This document shows, in pieces, positions 60,401-64,000 of a DNA stretch of 64,000 nucleotides. This DNA is from a bacterium (GTDB lineage Bacteria; RUG730). Under the pieces are notes generated by a model. That model searched no databases, had not been told where the DNA came from, and was given only the letters and a program-made list of their open reading frames with translations. How positions within the stretch are numbered: the first letter of the stretch is position 1; each line of letters opens with the position of its first letter. Location: NCBI GenBank assembly GCA_031551405.1, contig JAVBNQ010000007.1, positions 1 through 64,000 of the forward strand, in the 5' to 3' direction. Both the position numbers and the translations under genes were made by a program.

Positions 60401-62259
60401 CTGGACTCAAGTTGGAAATTGTAGATGCAGTTGGCGTTCACATTTCCAGTTTGAACTATGTAAGTAGCGAGATTTTGCAAATTTTGGTCAATGTTGATAA
60501 TGATGCTCCGACGAGGGTTTATGACATAAAAGTTACGAATTTGGATTCTGGACAAGATACGCGTTTTAATGCTATAAAAGTTGTCCACCCTCCTAGAGTC
60601 GTGTCTGTTAATACGCCAATCGTGCAGAAAGGCGATATTGAAAAAATGATTGAAATTACCGGAAATAATTTTGAAATGGGAGCTGCAGTTTATATTGGAG
60701 ATATGACGACTAGTACGGTAACGTATGTTTCATCTTCAAAATTGATAGTGAAAGTAATTGTTGCACAAAATGCAACCGAAGGCGCAAAAGATATTACTGT
60801 AATAAATCCAAACGGCATTGTTGGAATCGGAAAAAGTTTGATAAAAATAGTGGAAAAAATGCCGATTATCAAAAATGTGACTTTAACATCTAAATCAATT
60901 GAGTACGAGAAAATTTCGTCTGCAATTAATCCTTTATTAAACGGAGTAAGTTTTTATTATGAATTGGTGCGTTCTGCAAAATCAGTTGAACTTGCAATTT
61001 ATAGAAGTTCAGAACTTCAGCCGGGTCAGGAAGTAAAACGAGTCATAAGAAGCAACTTACAAGCAGGTGTATATAACAATATTTATAATGCGGACAAAGT
61101 ATTTTACTGGGATGGATCGATTGAGTACAAGAAAAAAGATGATGGAAGTTCTGATTTGAAGAAGGAAAATGGCGATTATAGGTGTGTAATAAGAATTACT
61201 TCCGACGAAGGACAGGTTGAAGAATGGACGGAAACTATTACAGTTGATGTTGTAAACATTAACGATCAATATGTGGAATATACTTTGATGGGGCAAGAAA
61301 ATGTAAAAGTTTCTCCTTATAAGTTGCATTATACATTGTCAAAACCTGCGTATACAAAACTTGAAATTGTAAATAGTTCAGGCACACTTGTTCGAGAGTT
61401 TGGCACTGAATTGTCAAGCAAAGGTGAGAATGTGAAGATATGGGATGGAAGAGATCTTAATGGTGTAAGGCTTTCAAAGGGTATTTATAAAGTTATTCTA
61501 TCAGCATACGATACATCAAATCCTGTTGATGAAGCTAATATAAAGAATATCGCAATCTCTGTGGATCAATTAGTAGTAGCCGATGTAAAAATAGATTCTA
61601 TCCGAGCAGACAAACCTGAAACCACAATAAGTTTTGTTCCATCAGAAACCATGAGAGTAGATTTGGTGATCTACAAACCAAAAACAATGCTTGGAACAGC
61701 AACAAATGGATCAGGCACTGTTGTGCCAAGCCCATCTGGAACAGAAGTTAAGGTCTTCAACTTGTATGTTGAGAAGGGAACAACTTATCAAGTTACGTGG
61801 GGCGGGAAAAATGATAGGGGAGATATGCTTGTTGACGGTGATTATCCATTTGCAATTACGGGTAAAGACAGCCATGGTATCGTTATGGGGCAGCCTTACA
61901 TTAGCGTTATAGCGATTAATAGAGCAGCTAATTTGGAAATGAGACGTGAGATGTTCAAGAAAAATTCGTATGCATATCCTAACCCGGTTGATTTCAAAAA
62001 AGTCAAAGTTGCAAAAATCAATTATGGCATTAACAATATGTCGAATCTGAATTTGTATATTTATGATGTTTTGGGTAATATTGTCTGGGAAAAGCGGTTG
62101 GATAATGTGGATATAGGAGAGGGACAAATAAATTGGGCTCTCATAAATAATGGCGGAAAAGAAGTTGGTCGTGGATTGTATGTTTATGTCCTGGAAGCAG
62201 AAGAAATAAATACCGGTAAAAAATTAAAAACTACAAATAAAATAATGGTGATAAAATAA
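48448..62259 (+). CDS. Giant secreted surface protein (4603 aa): ~42 IPT/TIG-like repeats, three FlgD-Ig-like domains and a T9SS type A-like C-terminal domain
   Basis: Signal peptide; ~100-aa repeats P-x-I-x-x-V-x-P...QG...I-x-G-x-x-F...G-x-R-D-V-x-V-x-N-P; WDG..NG..GxY FlgD-type motifs; terminal YAYPNP...IYDVLGNIV...GLYVYVL...KIMVIK. Confidence 0.88.
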   Translation: MFNKMKKVIFSFLVLYFILIAFVFATVTATPSQVTQDDTITISVYIDGTGVKEPTTEVMYNPTFVVEGFSSEEEVSFRNRGLLQGKFKVLRNANIGNHTVTVYAITGAASGSSNRATLSDSVISIGTTTIKVISKPMILGVSPGATFQQASKAITFYGKYFDTSGASMVTISGAGVSGTVTPTTTSVAPTFNLSNGTPGGPYSIQILSNDGGVGFSDDGSGNPTPIFTLYPAPSVISVNRASVYQAQESVEMRIRGTGFHAQSSVDLGAGISILGVTSNADGGEITVNFNVDKNATLGNRTLTVYNPDGAAGTANKATFVINSFVTQKLTPNVNAGISTTTVVQGFKGDITIKSVSGAGNGFDDLAVSEVLVSGENITVSKVVFVDTSTLKVSLIVEPTAEIGDRAVTIKNLSYKTLSTYTLKVEKAPEAKLEDVNISVSPASLYQGEFATVTVTCANGAAFESGANLKVTASDGITIKNITYMSSTTLWCYLKIDEKAQVGERTFTVENVSYKVQKSTYITILESDFNKLAINAISPNELYQGQSATVTVTVAGKIENTAEVSFKGIGITLNGYTKKSDAELWLDVTVDKLSSLGQHAFTIKNPTYEKTVTGFINISTSSYSNPFIDTITDRILYQGEQKQIVVTGRGFRALTVFTFSDPGIVIQQDTIVIESPTKAILTVNIPIDLEPKSYALVVKNTDFEASFIKQDAVEVREKHSISSISPQMLAPGTSEYFYINGTNFDLNSAFKIFVDGKVVVNSTSTTTYDQIVFVSSRCVSKNQIACSVLISSDVKAGIHDIGLYFESNGATITQRGILNIPNRPVITNIPSTLSQGDNNKEVTIQGQNFENGATVVISGSGIIITSVTVISSNIMTFRCDVSKDAERTDRQIKVINPTGQFATGLVKVISPPIIESCSPSNVMKGTTRYLEISGQNFSEFFDLNFSGRVTTTTPHSDDAINIISVKYTGNTQLLAEVYIGTNVINGMHDIMVVNYEDSTKASIQSQGIGAGLLDVRTPLKISTSTITTVPAGYSGKVIAIRGEGFSKNSVISINGSGITITHNNFINTQEIEIVIDVAANAPLGRRTVTIKDSDNSAYASILDVIQAVTINSVTPINIPIGLRHATMTVVGLGIDIPTTTIVTKNGVKGIDPGNYVEILGGGIDSLVIDSTTYSSTSMTLYFQVFSTATVGSRDIRITNKDSENILFKQAAFNLVESIKIDLFSPTDYQIAGAVVDFKIIGSGFDPTNNYGVDGSTIIFSNPNVSITAINYRSGSEISGQFTWLDQTAVITNRSVDLKVVNKDGSIGTKKGALYLVEQLEVIDASLTPTTIPVNAKNYVVNIKGKGLIKGVTAYFYLDGPPQDFSKIVSKKLEYIDTTEMNLYIDSDAGIADGALATLVVTNPNGASVEKSGIFVVKNVPTIHSFVPDYIRVGGEKDVVIQGANLNLVTRLEFSNGLYITTTSITSGEIRGRIKTTAGTYPGDVTVKLYTATVGNEGIARKLFKVLEGPKIREVLPNILYAEKEVQFYVNGDNFDENIKMVIRNIKDGSTDYIHMNDSTSLGIRKSTTRIILEKLKIDKEGEYSLELINPDGSSVKQDVSLTVYPQATQAQIFSLSPPYGKPKETNKIIEVTGNNFLPGMTVYAQGAGITVSSYTVYTTSASLTLEIAETAEVGEYGIAFLNPFSSPTIKKFYIVDAPVVESIYPDKLQKGTTNQITVKGRNFMYTGGSDGGDIALAINSSDGVSIFGMNFIGTTELKAYVFVSENAVTGKKDLVVTNPFGVNGTGRGLINIEDRIEFNNINPSTLTQGTKNKDLVINGKGFKEETKVEFVQTGIILNKTTYINDNQLSVNVTVADDAAVGNVDVRIINDEYNNLVANKVFSIVPRIRVEKINNNILYRGKGTAYGDDVIVEIIGSNFTLSTSSNIVSECKVELIGADNEIQVVKVETKSSGNIFAYIKTNQTAKLGFVDMKIICNSDKRELIVSNAFEVVDKIKINNVTPSNIMLLKNAFNITNSGAVATYSISVTHLTLSGVAPILLAGKTVDQLISAINAEAGWTATLSSSQAGRQPATYLKTVGTTDVANGKTSIASFTKNGIFDNSGSEVTLNIAGSGFAAGINDSKLLFSGNGISITNTNFVSDKELTAKITFDPALILAGKRDLTITNLDNTFGIAAGIVEFVEPLEVSQVSPQTLARGAVKAPITIKGKGFSDNLLVTSGSSLVSVSDFKCISRDEISFKVTIDPTFISPTNIFTLKSATGESVPASINVEQLPVITSVVPNELGQGASTWITISGYKLANIITLNNILFSQNDISILDMKDFSDTGFKVLVNVSKSAQLGDKTVTLKDFVIGKENTNSGVLSIVAEPSIVSFNPDTLFLGSVGEIILKGSGFVNGTILKFSSPDIKATGYQFFNNTEMKATLNISSVTIPALYDVEIVNPDRSNNYYSGLFNVVDPERIITSSPIITGISVAALTQGATYTVFLEGENFLKGTNVSFSNNDGLFISNINVLGSKDITFDIFVSTTSKVGKHDISVITNNGTVTATGLLNIVSPLKLDRLDPKVLSRGTKSRDVWIYGAGFDDTTKCLVDGDGVTIENTYYLTDKLLRIVVTISESAVLGTRKVSLVNGNGSKVEVEGAIDIIPAVTVTRVSPDKVGIGSLLERIEIEGTEFRPNLDVKILGSGVSVSSIEFRSDTQVNAYISVSQDASAGSRDIRVINKDGNEGIGKGVLTLESFVKVNSMVSEGANVNYFTLTPGTTHQEIIIRGDGFRLANDLVTKPTISFSLPYLSIEPGTMRFMNSAELRATLWVDTGSAHGGDKVDVRVTNPDGTTGLGKNLYIISEPLALRQVIPNMLGAGAQNETLSINGQGFIDGIKLEFFEKNHITIHSIKYINANQIEAKVSIDEAMTVGYATFSVINPGNVKLTTSTLFSIEECPVVNLVTPDHYAQGALNQNIKIGGRLFDINSTTVTISGGVTVASTTVESSTSIIVNVSVDKSAAVGAKDIIVESGGKVGIGRGVFKVVDAPTILEVIPNTIAQGAQNRVIEIKGRGFVSKSSVTVNIPGLVVNNVAIYSGEKISLTVSVDSITSSPNYYDINIANPDGSSGVGTRVLQIKEPPTPPVMISIIPKMMAAGSSNQNIIIEGQNLQDGINMIISGGGVTVSTVNRSVESPSTRVYATISIDAGAVIGKRDVLFVNPDGGFKTYAKEFEIITNPVIDSMDPSVVIKDTTTAKTIKEINIIGKAFSEYSIVEFTGGGITVDSFTFVGEDHLRIDITVATNALSGYRDVIVNNPYGMSGKKEGLFRISEPVVITKITPNQASQGVINKEIRIEGTNFMEGASLDFSGSGITVSSLNVVSSSLILGRLDIADTATTSKRKVTIINRTGASSMESGTDMFEVTPKPSITEVYPKSLEQGTSSWITIKGKGFYQGMLVQPIVTVSGEGVSVSSVQYNGEADVQAFVIVSSVAVRGMRDVIVQNTDSSSTTIRGEAMLEIIELLNLKSINLTKIPRGDKSRQIILNGGGFEENAKITFSGTGITVSTVSWKSSNQLVAVVDVDINAEIGLRSVTVENPNTKKVTLNSVLQVVDPIFIATLEPSELGVGVADKEIRIKGTGFEPNSTVVISGDGIVYSTVSCSATEIILKASVTVNATLGFRSIEIQTPEGNRGKLEKAINIINHINITEISPKYIEKGFNGTVYIKGYNFDVTSGIKPVVQISGDGLVVGVVTAVSSTELQVHLTVQNTATIGTRDVTITNADGAKGFGKGGIEITDALSFARLEPNNLGKGAKNEIVCLYGKGLVEDTKLEFSSLDVVVSSLQYISNDQLKLTISIPEAAATGAVDLLIKNPNNINVPIVGAFSVTDSPTITKVEPSEIAQGALNQELKITGTNISANATFAVSGLGVNISSMNIIDSRTMKVWVNVKKTATVGDRDVVITNTLAATSSFGIGKGLLKIIDGPSIETVSPEIIAQEDVNRIIELKGKGFKPGLKLEIVDAVGVHISSLNYVSSEILQILVNVDNDAPTRVYDIKVTNLDSGQDTRFNAIKVVHPPRVVSVNTPIVQKGDIEKMIEITGNNFEMGAAVYIGDMTTSTVTYVSSSKLIVKVIVAQNATEGAKDITVINPNGIVGIGKSLIKIVEKMPIIKNVTLTSKSIEYEKISSAINPLLNGVSFYYELVRSAKSVELAIYRSSELQPGQEVKRVIRSNLQAGVYNNIYNADKVFYWDGSIEYKKKDDGSSDLKKENGDYRCVIRITSDEGQVEEWTETITVDVVNINDQYVEYTLMGQENVKVSPYKLHYTLSKPAYTKLEIVNSSGTLVREFGTELSSKGENVKIWDGRDLNGVRLSKGIYKVILSAYDTSNPVDEANIKNIAISVDQLVVADVKIDSIRADKPETTISFVPSETMRVDLVIYKPKTMLGTATNGSGTVVPSPSGTEVKVFNLYVEKGTTYQVTWGGKNDRGDMLVDGDYPFAITGKDSHGIVMGQPYISVIAINRAANLEMRREMFKKNSYAYPNPVDFKKVKVAKINYGINNMSNLNLYIYDVLGNIVWEKRLDNVDIGEGQINWALINNGGKEVGRGLYVYVLEAEEINTGKKLKTTNKIMVIK

Positions 62260-63227
62260 TGACAAAAAAAATTAAATTAACAATCGTTTTACTTTTACTT
62301 GTCTTATTTTTAAATGCTACTTTATGTGCAAAACAGGCTAGCGGAACAACAGATTTTCAATTTTTGAAATTAGACGTAGGCGCTAGGACTCTCGCGATGG
62401 GAGGAGCATTTGCCGGAGTTTCTGACGATATCTCTGCAATCCGTTATAATCCGGCGGGATTGCGACAATTGTCAAAAAAGGAAGCTTCTGCGACTCATAT
62501 GGAATGGATTGGTGATTTGAGAATTGAACATGTAGCATTTGCAATGCCATACAGCGTCAACAAAACTATAGGTACAAGTATTTTTTATATGACTACAAAA
62601 GACGACCTAATGGGACGTGATGAGTATGGAAAGCCTACGCATAATTTGAAGTTCGAACAAGTTTACGCAACTATTGGAGGGGCTACGCCTGTCGACCCGA
62701 TGACGGAAAAGCTTTTAGTTGGTGGGAACGTTAAATATGTTCAGGAAACACTAGACTACAGTAAAAGTACAGGTCTAGCTTTAGATGCTGGATTATTGTG
62801 GAATACTCATGATAATATGAGTTTTGGCTTAGTGGTGAGAAATCTTGGCATTAGCGACGGTAATTATCCGCTAGAAATAAGATTCGGCGGTAGTTACATT
62901 CGTCGTAATTTAGGTTTGAGCGCTGATTTGTATAAATTTAGAGATACTGACGTAAATTATGCGATTGGAGCAGAATATTTTATCAAAGATATGTTTGTTG
63001 TAAGAGCTGGATATAATTCAAGCCTTGGCTCTCTTGGCGAGTTGAATGAGGATGAAAGTTTATCGTCTTTTTCAGATTATTCGTTTTCCGGCCTTTCTCT
63101 TGGATTTGGTATTTTGACAAAACCGCTTAGTTTTTTAAATAAGCATTCTTTAAAATTTGATTATGCGATTGTTGATTACGGAAGATTAGGATTCACGCAT
63201 ATATTTACTTTATCCACTGAATTTTAA
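62259..63227 (+). CDS. PorV/PorQ-family (FadL-like) outer-membrane beta-barrel
   Basis: Signal peptide; FLKLDVGARTLAMGGAF..VSDD.SAI.YNPAGL signature; C-terminal Phe; start overlaps the giant gene stop (TAATG). Confidence 0.85.
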   Translation: MTKKIKLTIVLLLLVLFLNATLCAKQASGTTDFQFLKLDVGARTLAMGGAFAGVSDDISAIRYNPAGLRQLSKKEASATHMEWIGDLRIEHVAFAMPYSVNKTIGTSIFYMTTKDDLMGRDEYGKPTHNLKFEQVYATIGGATPVDPMTEKLLVGGNVKYVQETLDYSKSTGLALDAGLLWNTHDNMSFGLVVRNLGISDGNYPLEIRFGGSYIRRNLGLSADLYKFRDTDVNYAIGAEYFIKDMFVVRAGYNSSLGSLGELNEDESLSSFSDYSFSGLSLGFGILTKPLSFLNKHSLKFDYAIVDYGRLGFTHIFTLSTEF

Positions 63228-63232
63228 TAGAA

Positions 63233-63385
63233 ATGAAAGACAAAAAAGGGCAAGCTATTGTTGAATATGTGCTTTTGGTTTCGCTTGTAGCTTTAGCATT
63301 TGTGTCTACCACAGATTTTTTTAACAAAGCTGTTGAGGCGCTTTTCACAAAAATCGGAAATTCTTTCGCTCAGAAAGGTCCGTAA
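63233..63385 (+). CDS. Flp-type (type IVc) pilin, 50 aa, not in ORF track
   Basis: My translation: MKDKKG|QAIVEYVLLVSLVALAFVSTTDFFNKAVEALFTKIGNSFAQKGP; G|xxxxEY prepilin motif. Confidence 0.8.
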   Translation: MKDKKGQAIVEYVLLVSLVALAFVSTTDFFNKAVEALFTKIGNSFAQKGP

Positions 63386-63471
63386 ATAAATATCCCAAAA
63401 TAAGAAAGCACTGAGTGACAGTTCAAATTTAGTCACACTGTGAAAAAATAAAAATTTCCTGAGGAGGAAAA

Positions 63472-63627
63472 ATGAAACAAATAATGTTCAGAAAAAAAGG
63501 GCAAGGTTTAACAGAGTATATTTTGATTATTGCGTTGATCGCATTAGCGGCAATCGTATCTATCCAGGTTTTTGGTGAAAAAATAAAGGCAAAATTCACA
63601 GCCTTATCAGATACTCTCAGCTCATAG
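63472..63627 (+). CDS. flp: Flp pilin (probable major pilin), 51 aa, not in ORF track
   Basis: My translation: MKQIMFRKKG|QGLTEYILIIALIALAAIVSIQVFGEKIKAKFTALSDTLSS; strong GAGGAGG RBS. Confidence 0.9.
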   Translation: MKQIMFRKKGQGLTEYILIIALIALAAIVSIQVFGEKIKAKFTALSDTLSS

Positions 63628-63628
63628 G

Positions 63629-64000
63629 ATGAAGCAAAAAAAGTCTTTAAAAAATAAAAAAGCGCAAGCTATTCTTGAATTTACATTAGTTTTGATCCCG
63701 TTTTTTATTTTATTAATGGGAGCGATGCAGCTTTTGCATATAGCTGTGGTGAAATTATTAGTGAATCATGCCGTATTTACTACTGCAAGAGTCGCGTCTG
63801 TCACAGATAATAAAGATGAGATCACTTCGGCTGCCAAGAATTCGCTTATTTTTAAAGACAAAGAAAATATCACGGTTTATATTGTCGATCAAGCTTCTCA
63901 AGATGAAATACACGTAAAGCTTAATTATAAAATGGCGTTAATCTTTCCAATAGTAAACAAAATTATACAAGAAGCGAAAGGACTGCAGGATTATAAGTTA
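63629..64000 (+). CDS. TadE-like minor pilin, truncated by the window edge
   Basis: My translation: MKQKKSLKNKKA|QAILEFTLVLIPFFILLMGAMQLLHIAVVKLLVNHAVFTTARVASV...; open for 124 codons to the end of the window. Confidence 0.8.
   Translation, partial: MKQKKSLKNKKAQAILEFTLVLIPFFILLMGAMQLLHIAVVKLLVNHAVFTTARVASVTDNKDEITSAAKNSLIFKDKENITVYIVDQASQDEIHVKLNYKMALIFPIVNKIIQEAKGLQDYKL

Noticed and set aside
48438-62127. Many antisense and alternate-frame ORFs of 60-140 aa inside the giant gene (and similarly inside other genes across the window)
   Set aside because: Shadow ORFs caused by codon bias of the sense gene; no motifs or RBS support
48448-62259. Giant protein as an Rhs/CDI/RTX toxin or autotransporter
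   Set aside because: No YD repeats, GGxGxD nonapeptides, TPS domain, C-terminal toxin-immunity pair or fused beta-barrel

Overview
AT-rich chromosomal window from a diderm bacterium (LptF/G, heptose kinase, ExbBD and an outer-membrane beta-barrel are present). The gene mix is reminiscent of Elusimicrobiota or a related lineage, but that is inference only. From 1 to 44.5 kb the genes are mostly minus-strand housekeeping (accA, dapF, panC, murC, gltX, hisG, xerC, queE, aroC, rpsF-ssb-rpsR-rplI, truB, lysA). That part also holds a CsoR/P1B-ATPase module, an ECF sigma/anti-sigma module and a tadB-tadC-TPR-sensor-HD-GYP cluster. After a divergent tRNA-Met/tRNA-Leu pair the genes switch to the plus strand: tandem-domain thyX, serS, then the most striking locus. 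That locus is an apparent operon encoding a small IPT-like protein, a 4603-aa protein (about 42 IPT/TIG-like repeats, three FlgD-Ig-like domains and a T9SS-like C-terminal domain), a translationally coupled PorV-family barrel, two short Flp pilins missed by the ORF track, and a TadE-like pilin running off the edge. It suggests a coupled Tad-pilus / T9SS-like giant-adhesin system. A second notable feature is a ~650-bp non-coding structured element present twice in opposite orientation (~5.7-6.4 kb and ~14.8-15.5 kb). Each copy contains two inverted AAACTCGC-N13-GCTCAWACAGTTG hairpin units, and the first copy is flanked by a direct repeat and a dif/cer-like site. No CRISPR array, rRNA or transposase was seen.
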